64,000 nt of DNA from Chiloscyllium plagiosum (taxonomy: Eukaryota), in NCBI RefSeq assembly GCF_004010195.1, contig NC_057718.1:77878318-77942317 (forward strand), given 5' to 3'. Positions 26,301-38,453 of this stretch are shown in pieces. Numbering within the stretch: position 1 is the first letter of the stretch; each line of letters starts with the position of its first letter. The position numbers and the translations under genes were made by a program. Below the pieces are notes generated by a model, which worked only from the letters and a program-made list of their open reading frames with translations, did not search any database and was not told the origin of the DNA.

Positions 26301-27252
26301 TCCCCCTCTTTTACCGCCTTGCCTGTTTTTAATGAAAGATCTAAACCCTGGAACCTGCAACATCCATTCCTCACCCTGCTCTATCCATGTTTCCGAAATG
26401 ACCACATCATCAAAGTCCCAGGTACCTATCCATGCTGGAAGCTTAACTTCCTTATTTCATCTACTTCTGGCATTGAAGTAGATACTCTTCAAACCAGTTT
26501 GCTATCTGCCAGCACATTCCTGTGACCCTGAAATCCTGTCCCTGTCCTTCCTACTCTCATCCTCCTGTGCACTGCAACTACACCTCCGGTTCCCATTCCC
26601 CCTGTTGAGCTAGTTTAAACCCACCCAAATAGCACCAGCAAATTTCCCACCCAGGATATTAGTACCCCTCTGGTTCAAGTGAAGACCGTCCTGTTTGTAC
26701 AAGTCGCATCTTCCCCAATTATCTAAAAACCTGAAACCCTCTCTCCTGCACTGTCCTTGCAGCCACGTGTTCAGCTGATATCTCTCCCTATTCCTTGCCT
26801 CGCTGTCACGTGGCACAGGTAACAAACCAGAGATAACAACTGTTTGTTCTAGCTCTAAGCTTCCACCCTAGCGCCCTGAAATCCTGCCTTACATCACTAT
26901 CCCTCTTTCTACCTATGTTGTTGGTACCTACATGGACAACGACTTGAGGCTGGTCACCCACTCCCTTCAGGGCCCCAAAGAAACTATCCGAGACATCACG
27001 GACCCTGGCACTTGGGAGGCAACACACCAACCGCAAGTCTGTTCGTTCCCAACAAATCTTCAATCTGCGCCTCTAACTATTGAGTCCCCAATGACTAACA
27101 CACTCCTCCTTTCCCTCCTTCCCTTCTGTGCAACAGGGACAGGCTTTGTGCCAGAGACCTGGGCCCCACTGCTTGCCGCTGGTAAGTCGTCGTCCTCAAC
27201 AAAATGGTATACATGTTTTCAGGGGAACGACCACAGGGGATCCCTCCACTGA
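23301..27252 (-). mobile_element. Near full-length CR1 LINE (ORF1 SGNH esterase + ORF2 APE/RT)
   Basis: ORF1 VVVHVGTNNIG and DLYKQDGLHLNQRG; ORF2 ISETW, GGGVALLVK, GDFN, PQGSVFGP and KFADDTK; (catagaa)n tail at ~23304. Confidence 0.92.
25712..26068. mobile_element. Short CR1 3' insertion whose body is inverted relative to its tail
   Basis: Splits the host GDFN|FPNIDW motif. The body is on the minus strand and the atgactctatgactcta tail is on the plus strand. Confidence 0.75.
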
Positions 27253-27638
27253 CTTTTTTTTTCCCCTTTTCGAACAGTCGCATCAGGGGCTCAAGGCACT
27301 CAATCAATTTGCTTTAAGGTTACAAGTTTGTAATGCAAGGTCAGAGAAGGTTTGTAGCTCAGGTTGAGGTTTAGGGTGTAGGTTTGCTCGCTGAGCTGTA
27401 GGTTTGATATCCAGACGTTTCATTACCTGGCTAGGTAACATCAGTGGCGACCTACAAGTGAAGCGAAGCTGTTGTCTCCTGCTTTCTATTTATATCTTTG
27501 TCCTGGATGGGGTTCCTGAGGTTTCTGGTGATGTCACGTGTCCTGTTCGTTTTCTGAGAGGTTGATAGATGGTATCTAGATCTATGTGTTTGTTTATGGC
27601 GTTGTGATTGGAGTGCCAGGCCTCTAGGAATTCTCTAG

Positions 27639-27883
27639 GAGAAAGTGAGGTCTGCAGATGCTGGAGATCAAAGTTGAAACTTTATTGCTGGAACAGCACA
27701 GCAGGTCAGGCAGCATCCAGGGAACAGGAGATTCGACGTTTCGGGCACAGGCCCTTCTTCAGGAATCCGACGTTTCGGGCACAGGCCCTTCTTCAGGAAG
27801 AAGGGCCTGTGCCCGAAACGTCGAATCTCCTGTTCCCTGGATGCTGCCTGACCTGCTGTGCTGTTCCAGCAATAAAGTTTCAA
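27639..27883. mobile_element. Hammerhead-centred fold-back palindrome, copy 3 (young, with tandem hammerheads)
   Basis: Essentially identical arms; 34-bp tandem unit at 27734 and 27768; TSD ctctaggaattctctag at 27622-27638 / 27884-27900. Confidence 0.88.
27728..27768 (-). ncRNA. Minimal type I hammerhead ribozyme motif
   Basis: Minus strand GAUUC CUGAAGA A GGGC-CUGU-GCCC GAAAC GUC|GAAUC: intact core, 4-bp stem II and 5-bp stem I. Confidence 0.75.
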
Positions 27884-28106
27884 CTCTAGGAATTCTCTAG
27901 CCTGTCCCAGGATAGATGTGTTGTCCCAGTCGAAATGGTTGTTTTTTTCTTCTCCATGTATAGGGCTACGAGGGAGAGAGGGTCGTGTCTTTTTGTGGCC
28001 AGCTGATCGTGTATCCTGGATGCACGATGCCAGGATACACGAAAAGACACGACCCTGTAATTTTAAAAAGGACATGATGTTGCACAATTTGAATGTTTAA
28101 AAAAAA

Positions 28107-28420
28107 AGGGTGGCACGGTGGCTCAATGGTTAGCACTGCTACCTCACAGCACCAGGGTTCCAGGTTCGATTCTAGCCTCAGGCGTCTGTCTGTGTGGAGT
28201 TTGCACATTCTCCCCGTGTCTGCATGGGTTTCCTCCGGGTGCTGCGGTTTCCTCCCCCAATCCAAAGGTGTGCAGGTTAAGTGAATTGGGCCATGCTAAA
28301 TTGCCCGTAGTGTTAGGTGCATTAGTCAGAAGGAAATGGGTCTGGGTGGGTTACTCTTTGGAAGGTCGATGTGGACTTGTTGGGCTGAAGGGCCTATTTC
28401 CACACTGTAGGAATCTAAAC
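28107..28420 (+). mobile_element. HE1-like SINE, full length
   Basis: ggtggcacggtggctcaatggttagc (A box), ggttcgattc (B box), central gtggagtttgcacattctccccgtgtctgc, CR1-like tail. Confidence 0.88.
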
Positions 28421-29679
28421 AAAAATTAAATCAAAACTGCTGCATTACATAGCCCACAAAACACATTGAATTGAGATCCTGATTCAAACAAAGCCAAACA
28501 GTTACTTAAAAGGATTTTTGTGAACCAGTATTTTAACAAACCAAAATTTTAAACATCAAACACTCAGCATGGCACAATTTACATTTAAACTTTCCTTTTT
28601 CAACCCAAGTATTAGTACAGCCTTAATTTTACTGTTTCTCATTTTTTCATTCTCTCGATTAAATTCTTTTATAAAAAGAGAAAACACTCGCAGCGGATCA
28701 TGTCACACTCTTCCTCAAGAACAAAGACTCGCAGAGCCTCAAATTTTGCCATTTAGGGGGCTTTAATCCCTTTCTTAATTTACTGATGGGGGCTTGAACC
28801 CCAATTAAACACAAACTTGAATCCTGCTTAAACACAGAAAACTGGAACCCCGCTTAAACACAGAGCTCTAACATCGAGGACTTGAATTTCGAATTAACCC
28901 ACCCAGGGGACTGTGGTGTAAAATTCCAAGCAGTGGAATGTGGTGAAACGGTTAAAAATTATGTCCCAATACATGTGTGAATCTAACCGGAATGGAGGTG
29001 TTGCTTAGTCCCGTGTGAATCTTATTACACACCTCCCCGTGTGAATCTTCTTATCTGTATGTAACCAGAATGGAATGTGTTTTTTAGCCTTGCTCTGCTG
29101 TTCACATGAATGTTTATATCTGGAAAAGAGTATATCAGCTGGAAAAGTCTCCAGTTCGGTGAGTCTGCTCCGGGGTTACGTTTAACCGCCGAGCGTGGGT
29201 TGTTGGCAACCGCTCTGCGAGAACTGACGGCTCCCAGTTCCGGTAACATGTAGAGTGAGTATAAGCCAGACCCGTTGTGGCGACGCTGCGGGGAATAAAA
29301 TGCCCATATTCTAGCAGACTCGCCTCTTGGTCGTTTGTTCTGTGTCAGACTACTCTCCTACGAACCTGACCTTGAGAATTTTTTTAAAACAGGGACCCGA
29401 ACCCCAGTACCACTCAATTACCCCCCCCCCTCAATACGGCGTAGAGGACTGGAACCTCTGCCTGCCAGCATGCTTGCAAAACTGTGTTTCAACTGATCTA
29501 TTTATCGTTCAATGAATCCGTAGAATAGAGAGCAATTGAGTGAGGGGACAGATTCCAGCACACAGGAATATCGAGAGGGATGAAGGTTTGAAATCTTAAA
29601 ATCTTACCTCGTGGGCCCTTCCGTCTCGAGATATTCCGGGTGACCGCTGATACCATCTGATGGTGACTATTCGTTTTGG

Positions 29680-29697
29680 ATCCTGCCAACTACACCA
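29680..29697 (-). promoter_or_regulatory. Primer-binding site complementary to the tRNA-Ser 3' end
   Basis: Minus strand TGGTGTAGTTGGCAGGAT versus TGGCGTAGTCGGCAGGAT expected for vertebrate tRNA-Ser. Both differences are CpG>TpG. It lies directly beside the LTR end. Confidence 0.8.
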
Positions 29698-30534
29698 ATA
29701 TTGTCATCCTGTTTCTTCTTCTCCTCTTCTCCCCCCTGCAACCCCAGTCAAAGCAAAATGCTTAAAGAGACACAGCATAGTTTTACCTCCTTCATCTTTA
29801 TTCTGGGCCCTGGAGAGGGAGGGAGAACGATCACCCATGTACACAGAGACATGAGTTCTCTGTCTTCTCTGGAATAGCTGTTTATTCATGAATTATATAG
29901 TCACTTTACAGGGAGGAGCATCCAGATAAGGCAACATACATATTGATTGGGTGACCGTTATGATCAAGCCATCTGGTGTTACACAGTGAATGTTCTTAAC
30001 TTTAATTGGCTTCACGTAATGAATGCTTCTCACCTTGTTAACTGACCTTACATATGGAATGCTTCCAATATTGTTAAATGGTTCTACATAAAGCGTTTCC
30101 ACCTTGTTAACCCATTATCCTTGCCTCCAGCATCTCATTGTTAACTGGAAGTTCTTATCTGATCTGAGTCATGCTCAGCTGAACCTCTTGTTTCACAAAA
30201 CTCAAGGCTTAGCTCTTTCCCTACCTGCTTATACCTTATACGTTTTCTCAACCTCAAATGTTGAGTATTTTGCCTTATGTCAAATAAGAGCTATCAAAAA
30301 AATTGCCTTGTCAAGTTTTTATTTTTGGATTTATCAAGAACTTTTATATGAAAGTTGGTGCCTTGTGTCATGCATATTGGCTTTGGAAAGGAAGTTTTTC
30401 GTTTCTAAGTTTGATCTGTTTATGCTGTTCTCTTGCCTGAATAGCTAACCCACCCAAAAGTAAAACCTACACGAAGCACAGCAGCATTGTGAGCTTGCTT
30501 AAGCAGAAATGTTTTTGCAGTGTTATTTTGTAGA

Positions 30535-30790
30535 AATATTTGTTCATGGGATGTGACCATACTGGCTGTGGTGACAATTGCCTATCCTTAGTTTCCCTAG
30601 GCAGCTTAGAGTCTATCACATTGCTGTTGCTCTGGACTCGCATATAAGCCAGACAGAGTAGGATGATAGATTTCTTTCCCTAAAGGACATTAGTGAACCT
30701 GATGGGTTTTTACAATAATTGACAGTAGCTATGTGGTCAACGGTGACTAGATGTTTTTTAACACCAGCTTTTTAAATTGAATTTAAATTT
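30535..30790 (-). mobile_element. SacSINE1/Deu-like SINE fragment
   Basis: cacattgctg..ctggactc..ttccctaaaggacattagtgaacc is shared with 49505-50020. Confidence 0.55.
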
Positions 30791-32409
30791 GTCTGTGGAG
30801 GATGGAGGAAGAGGAGAGATTTTGAAATGTTCAGCAGGCTTGGATGAATTTGCAGAATTGTGAAGAAAAATTAATATACTGAGTCACACATGACTTTTTG
30901 CAGCTTCCACAGGTGCTGCTACATCTGAGTATTTCTAGCGCTTTGTTTTAAATTCATAATTCCATTTTTCACCTTTTTTGCTTTTTCCAAAATAGTTACA
31001 TGTCATTTCTTAGGTGAGATCCATATTAAACTATTGTGCCTGCAGTTACCAGTGCGTTTGATATCCAGTTCATTATCCATTAAAGGTATTTATGTATAGT
31101 GCATAACTGTTACACTCACTATCATACTTTTAGATGGAAGGCAGATTTTGGTGAGTCAGGAAATGACATGCTGTTGCATTCCCCTCCTCTGGACTGACTT
31201 GGAACCACATTATTTATAGTTAGCATCCTTGAATGGGTTAATTAGAAATTATGACATACCTCTGGAACAAGTGGAATTTGAAGCCAGGCCATCTGGCTCA
31301 GAAGTAAGGACACTGTCACTGCGACACAAGCACCCCCTGCTCGATGTTTATGGTTAGCAGAGTTCAGTTTCTGGTAAATGGTAATCCACAGGATGTTGAT
31401 AGTGGGAGAGTCTGCAACCTTGAGGAACTCTGTCAGAGAGATCCAAGGACTGAAATGATTGATCCCCAATGTCCATGGCCATCTTCCTTTAAGGTATATG
31501 AAACTTCAAACAGCAGAGTTTCCCACAATTCCCATTAACATCAATGTTACTAGGACACCTTGCTGCCATACTGTCAAAAGTTGTATCATTGTCCTTGCTC
31601 TTACCTTAACTACTGAGTTCAACCCTTTATAGAGGTGTAATGAGGTCAGTAACTGAGTCACCCTGATAACACTAGAATTGAGCATCATGAATTCTTCATT
31701 GTTGTTTTGTGTGTTGTTTGATTGCACTGGCGATGATGCCTTCCATTAGTAAGTTGACAATTGAGTAGATTGGCTGGCTGTATTTATCCTGTTCTTTGTT
31801 GTGAGCAAATGTGCAATCCACTTTCAGGTAGATGCCAGTGTTGTAGCTATTTGGAACAGCTTGCTTAGGGTTGTGGCTGGTTTTGCAGCACAGGTCTTTC
31901 ATTGCTTTGTCAGAATGCTGACTTGCAATATCCAATGCCTTCATTCATTTCTTTTATCATGTAGAGGAGATCAGATAGGTGTCATACTTGAGCCGATGAT
32001 TTTGGAAGCCATTGGTGAAGGTGATAAATCGTCTGATCTGACGATTTAGCATTGAAGATGATTTGTCAGTGCTTCAACCTGTTTTGCACAGATATGCCCC
32101 TCTTTTCTCCCTACCTTCCTAAAAAAAGCATTGACATTTAGAATATTTGCTAACCATCTTCCCTGGGTTATGTGCAGTGCAGAGGTTGTGAATGAGGTCT
32201 GTTCCTAAGAACATGTTTATGCCAGTCGTAACGCTGTATAGTACAATATAAAGTTGCAAGTCATATGTATGAACAAACGTTCGCATATCGGATCGTTAAA
32301 ATTAAGATCCCACATGGGGGGTGCTAAAATTGTTTATAAGTATGAGTAGTTGTAAGTCAGATGTTTGAAAGTTGTGGACTGCTTGTGTTTGTTTAATTGT
32401 CATGATGTG

Positions 32410-34410
32410 GAGATGCCAGTGTTGGACTTGGGTGGACAAAGTCAGAAGTTAATGATACCAGGCTATAGTCTAGCAGGTTTATTTAAAATTTCCAAACTTT
32501 TGGAATGCTACATCTTCTTTATGGCTACTATCGAAACCATGAACTACTGATGCGGTGGAGAGGATCACCAAGTAAGTCATGCATATCGAAACAGACATCT
32601 AGATTCTACAGAGACGCAAGAAAGCAGTCAAGATCCTGCAAGGACTACAGATCACGAATCCACTCAAGTCGACCTACAACACAAACTGAGAGATTCTGCC
32701 GTCGTATCCCCCTCTCATTCCTCAACCATCTTGTACACCAGCTCTATAGCAGATGTCACAACCTTGAAACTGTGATAGAGTCCATACTCTCAACTTGCAC
32801 TCAGGACACAGTGGACCAACTGCGAGACACTGCCAAGCAGATAGAGCTATGCAACCTATGTGCACACCAAGGACAGGAAATGTGAGAAACTCTGCATCAC
32901 CACCCCAAACCTTCCCCAGTACTGTGTTTGAAACCGGTACCACTGCAGAGAAGTCACACCTATTAACCAGACAAAATGAGAGTTCTTAGCTGAGGGCCCA
33001 ATTTCTGTCCCACTGCCAAAATGGATCCCATCGCCCTCGTGACAGACACAGGAATTCATCAAGCATGTTAGACTCTGGGGAATTTTTCAACAAACCCCAA
33101 AATGTTAGCAGTGAGCCTAATGAGACAACCAAAAAACTGTAACAATCAACAGAGATCCACAGTGCAGCAACCAAGGAAGATAGAGTCGAATTGGATCCGT
33201 GTGCATGGCCGCTGCCCTAGACTCGACGTGTATGCTCTCAAGGCCAGCTGCAACATTGTCATCAAACTAACAGCCAAAGGAGGAGCCATCGTCATACAGA
33301 ACAGAATGGACTACAGCAAAGAGATATTACTGACAACTGAACAACTAGAAATACTATAGACCATTAGCTGCCAATCCAGCCAGAGAACATACTTGTCAAC
33401 TCAACAGACTGATCAAGATGTTTGATCCAGACTTTGAGTATCCTATGCACTCTAATCCCATGTACTTCTCATGTAGGAGACTTGTACTGCCTTCTGAAGA
33501 TAGACAAAGCCAACAAACCTGGACATCCCATTATTATCAGGCAATGGGACTGTGTGAGGACTCTGACTACATCAAGTGCATCTTGAAACCCATTTGAACG
33601 AGGAGCCCCCAGCTTCTGTCATGACACTACATACTTACAGAAGCTTGACACTCACTGACCAATTGAACCAGGAATATTCCTTGTCACAATGAATATTTTG
33701 GCACTCTACATCAGCATGCCCCATGACAATGACATCTATGCAACAGCCTCCATACTGAACACTGATAACTGCCAGACAATTTCCAGACGCCATCCAACAA
33801 CTCATCTACTTCATCCTCAACCACAGTACCTTCACCTGCGACAACCAGCTATTCATCCAGGCACTGAGCAATCAGGGGTACTAAATTTGCACTCCATATA
33901 CCAACATTTTCATGCACCAATTTGAGCAAGACTTCTTCACAGGACCTCCAATCGATGCTATACACCAGATACATTAGCATTTTCTTCCTTTGGACTCATG
34001 GCATAAAAACACTGAAATGATTACACAACAATACCAGCAAGTTTCCTTCCCCAATAGATTTACCATGGACTGCTCTTCAGAATCAGTTTTATTCTTGGAC
34101 ACTCATCTCCAAGCACGGACATCTTTATACTTCACTGAACTGCAAATCCATGGACAATCTCATGATGCTCCTCTTCTCTAGCTTCCATCCTAAACACGTT
34201 AAAGAAGTCATCCACTATAGACAAGTCACCTGCTTACACATGGGATCTGCTCTGACGAGAAGGAATATGACACACCTACAGGAGCTGAAAGACACCCACG
34301 TAAGAATGGAATATCGTGCTGAACACATCGATTGACAGTTCTGATGTGCTACAGTGAAAAACGGCCACACTTCATCTGATGAAGCAGTAGTGCTCAGAAA
34401 GCTTGTGAAA
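32410..34410 (+). mobile_element. Old Penelope-like element with inverted 5' terminal copy
   Basis: Degenerate PLE RT motifs (KGGAIVIQNRMDY; LVTMNILALYISMPH; FLDT; SFHPKHVK). Ends in ctgatgaagc..gaaagctt. The 5' end is an inverted terminus like that at 12670. Confidence 0.7.
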
Positions 34411-34999
34411 GTAGCCCAGGTTTATTATCTTTTTCAATCTATTTAAACATTTTCACAGTGACTCGCATGATTTCTCCACACAGTTTACTGTAATTTTTTG
34501 TAGGAGCAAATTGCTGCAAATGCTGGAATCTGAACTGAAAACAAAAAATGTTGGCGATCTCAGCGGGTCAGGCAGCATCCATGGAGAGAAAGCAAGCTAA
34601 TGTTTCATGATGACTGTTCAGGGCTGAAGTGAAGTGTGGAGGGGACAGCATTTATGCAATAGTGGGGTGGTTGGAGTGTAAAGTACTGGGGGAGAAAGGA
34701 TGTTGATAGTTCAAATTAAGTGATCAGTGAATCACTCTGCAAACTGGAGGAGCACATCACATCTTCAGACTAGACAATTTGCAACCTTCTGGCTCAATAT
34801 TGAGTTCAACACCTGGAAATTATGAACCTGTTCCTTCCCTTTTCTTTAGCTTTTGCTTATTACATTCTCTGTTACGCTTCCCCCACCTCTTGGGACTGTC
34901 TTTCCACTCTAGCAGTTACACTATTGTTCTACCATTCTCTCATTCTGATCACCCTAAGCCAGATTCCCCAATTTGTTCATCTGAGAGCATTGGTTTTAC

Positions 35000-35750
35000 G
35001 TTTGGAAAAAAGCTAATATAACGCTTTCATTCAAACCGGGAAGGAGGCAGAAAGCAAGAAACTACAGCCCAGTTAGCTTATCTGTTAAAGGGAAAGATGT
35101 TACAGCAAAGAAATTGGATAACTTCAAGTTAATCAGACAGAACCAAAGTGGTTTTGTAAAATGGGAATCATGTTTAACTTATTGGAGTTCTTTGTTTACA
35201 GCACAAAATCCTTTCCTTTAAAGATGGATGTATTGTATTTCGATTTCCAGAAGGCATTTGATATGGTGCCATGGGAAAGGTTATCCCAGAAAATAAACTC
35301 TCATGGTTTTGGGGGTAACATATTGGTATGGATTGAAGACTGGCTTCCTAACAGGAAGCGGAGAGTAGCAATAAATAGGTCTTTTTCAGGCTGGCAGAAT
35401 GTCATGGATGGTATGCTGCGAGGGTCGATGCTGGGCCTCAACTCTTGACAATTTACATAAGATTTGGATGAGACCGAAGGCATAGTAGCTAAATTTGTGG
35501 ATGACAGTGAGTTGTGAAGTGGATATAAGGAGCCTACAAAATAGGGTAAGTGAGTGGGCAAAGATCTGGCAAATGGAGAAGAATTTGGGAAAGTATGAAA
35601 TTGCCCATTTGACAGGAATAATCATGTTATCTGAGTTCAGATACAGAAAGATGAAGGTTTTCTAGTGTATGAATCACCAAGTTAGTATACAATACAGCAC
35701 GTAAATAGAAATGTTGTGTGTGTTGTGAGGGGACTTGAATGCAAGACATT
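35000..35750 (+). mobile_element. Degenerate CR1 RT fragment
   Basis: YFDFQKAFD..WIEDWL..RRVAIN. Confidence 0.7.
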
Positions 35751-36179
35751 AATGTAACATATCAGAAGTAAGAGGCAAATCCAAAAATTAAAATACTGAT
35801 ACATGGATCAGTGTGAGTTATTTTCAAATATTACAGTTTTTGCAATACAAGTAACTAGTATTGTTGACCTGTTAGTTAAACATCATATTTTTGAGATTCT
35901 TGGATTTGTAGACTAATTTGAAGTTCCAATCTCCTGATCCCTTTTTTTAAACTGGTTTGCAGCACTGTGAGAAAGTGGTCTTTGCCTGTAACACAGAAGT
36001 AATTAGGTTGTTATTTAGCTGCGATCTTCACACACACAACAACCCAAAACCTGCGTAAGAGCATTCTGTCTCATTAGTCCACTCCAAAAGAGTTTAAAAT
36101 GGCTTTTTGACACTTCATCAAAGGGCAAAGCACAATGTGTATGCAGTTTTGGGTATAATCTACAGACTGTGGCTTGCTA

Positions 36180-36353
36180 CTGAATGCTACCTCATGTTAA
36201 ATGGCTCTACATAATGACTTCCACATTAACCTATTACCCTTGCCTCCCGCACCCCACTAAGTTCATATCTGATCTGAATCATGCTCAGCTGAACCTCTCA
36301 AAAATCAGAACGTAACTCTTTCCCTGACTGCTTATACCCAATACATATTCTCA
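36180..36353 (-). mobile_element. Partial LTR (U3 end) of the same family as 19823/29699
   Basis: gttaaatggctctacataatg..catgctcagctgaacctct..atacatattctca. Confidence 0.7.
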
Positions 36354-36354
36354 G

Positions 36355-37215
36355 GTCAATTGGCTGAAAAATAGCAAATTGAGTTCAATCTGGACAAATA
36401 CAAGGCATTGCATTTTGCTACAGCAACAAGGGTAGATTAGATTAGATTACTTAGTGTGGAAACAAGCCCTTCGGGCCAACAAGTCCACACCGACCCGCCG
36501 AAGCGCAACCCACCCAGACCCATTCCCCTACATTTACCCCTGCACCTAACACTACGGACAATTTAGCATGGCCAATTCACCTGACCTGCACATTTTTGGA
36601 CTGTGGGAGGAAACCGGAGCACCCAGAGGAAACCCACGCAGACACAGGGAGAATGTGCAAACTCCACACAGTCAGTCGCCTGAGGCGGGAATTGAACCCG
36701 GGTCTCTGGCGCTGTGAGGCAACAGTGCTAACCACTGTGCCACCGTGCCGTCCACTAGGGCTATTACAATTAATGGTAGACCCTTGTGTAGTGTTGTAGA
36801 ACAGAGGGACCTAGGGGTGCAGGTACATAATTCTTTGAAATTTGCATCACTAATGGACAGGGTAGTTAAAAAGGTATTTGGCATGCTTCATTGCTCAGTC
36901 CTTTGAGTATAGGAATTAGGAAGTCATGTTGAGGCTGTGCAGGATGTTAATGAGACATCTTCTGGACTAATGTGTCCAGTTCTGGTCACTCAGTTATGGG
37001 AAGGAAATTATTAAACTGGAGAAGATTCAGAAGTGATTTACATGGATGTTGCTGGGTTTGGAAGGTTTGAGTTCTAAAGATAGACTGGGACTTTTTTTCC
37101 ACTGGAGCATAGGAGGTTGATAGGCGACCTTACAAAAGTTTATAAAATTATGAGGTGTACAGATAGAGTTAATGGTAGTTGTCTTTTTCCTAGGATGGGA
37201 TTTCAAGTGGGGAAC
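36355..37215 (+). mobile_element. CR1 3' fragment interrupted by an HE1-like SINE
   Basis: gagttcaatctggacaaat, gacctaggggtgcaggtac and cagttctggtca correspond to CR1 ORF2 C-terminal motifs. Confidence 0.7.
36435..36751 (-). mobile_element. HE1-like SINE, young CpG-rich copy
   Basis: Minus strand ggcacggtggcacagtggttagc..gggttcaattccc; (attag)n tail. Confidence 0.88.
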
Positions 37216-38453
37216 ATTCATTATGGACAGTCTGTTTCTGTGCTGTATGACTGAGAAACAGTCTGTGAGCGCAGGAGCAGTGAGAAGATGGGGTGGTGAG
37301 CAAGCTTTTGCTACTGCCATACGTGTGAGAGATGCCAGACTGGGGCTGCACTGCGGAAGCTCGGATTGACATTGCCAAGGTGTGGAGAAAAGACTTGGCA
37401 AAGGGAAGGGGTGGAAGAAGACTGCATTGTGGGGCATGTGGAAGTGGGGATAACAGTTTAAACCTGTTAACAAAGAAATACTCAGCCAACTGGGAATGAG
37501 GAAAATATCAGAGATAATGAATTCTTTGAAAATGAAAAGGAAGTCTTTTAGGCTGTTAATGTTCAAGAATTACTTTACGAGGAAAAGATGTTGTGGATGC
37601 ATACTGTAAACTAAGTTGAGTTTAAAATCAGAATTTGAGGTTTAAGATTTAGTTAACAGTAGTAACTAATCTGGTTCGTGTCTTTTTACTCATGAAATTA
37701 TTGGTTGTATAAAAAAAATGCAAATTTATGCTTGTGCCAAAGTGTCTGTTGAATTGATACTTGTTTTGTGACTTTCAAGTATAATGGTGTATTGCTAATT
37801 GAAGATATTGATGAATTCTTATTCACCTACTGAGAGGAACAAATATGCTAAGTGTTGATCAGTATTCCCTCTAACTTGCTTTTTGGTGCCTCCAAGGTCT
37901 GTTTGCGCCAGTGGCTTCAGGAGCCAGATGTCAGTGCCCTGCTTTGCATACTGATCCCCTTGCACAAAATCCGGCAGTGGCTGCGCATGCAGTCACTCAT
38001 CTTAGGGTGGGATGTTGATGATAACACAATGGATCCTGCTGTTCAGCTTTTCTTTGCCAAAATCATCGACAGTAAGCTTTCAACTTTCTGAAACTGAAGT
38101 TGTGAACATTGGCATGAATGTGACCCATTCAAGGAACTCCCATTACACTAAGACATATCTATTTAAATGTAGAAAATGCTGGAAATACAGGTAAATAGAT
38201 TTTTTAAGGTGAAATGGTTAATGTTTCAGGTCAATAACCTTTCATTAGAACTGGAAGAAGATAGCAATGTAGTTCGCCTTAAGTAATGTGATTTGGGTCT
38301 GAGAACAAAAAGAAAGGTAAGATTGAATGGCAAGAGTATGTGGGGCTAGGAGTGTGATAATGAGACAAGTAAAGCAAGGAATGATGGATCTTGACAAGAT
38401 ATGGATGATATTCGTATTGCCAACCAAAAGCAAAAATGAGGGGGGAAATTCTC

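Larger units (their letters stand above)
27335..28056 (-). mobile_element. Penelope-like 3' fragment with fold-back 5' junction
   Basis: HFDWDNTSILGQ..REFLE; degenerate hammerhead ctgatgttacctagccaggtaatgaaacgtc on the minus strand (~27414-27444); inverted repeat at 27979-28056. Confidence 0.75.
20430..30250 (-). mobile_element. LTR retroelement/ERV-like element with apparently non-coding interior and nested insertions
   Basis: 5'LTR 30250-29699 (TATATAA and AATAAA on minus), tRNA-Ser PBS 29697-29680, purine tract 21845-21831, 3'LTR 21830-~20430 split by a CR1. Confidence 0.7.

Noticed and set aside
27734..27830. 34-bp repeats as a CRISPR-like array
   Set aside because: Only two direct units, no unique spacers, no cas genes, and a vertebrate context.
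28107..28180. tRNA gene
   Set aside because: The A/B boxes belong to a SINE head that continues into the SINE core and tail. No complete cloverleaf.
37027..37566. 179-aa minus-strand ORF
   Set aside because: Partly antisense to a CR1 fragment, with no domain similarity or splice support.
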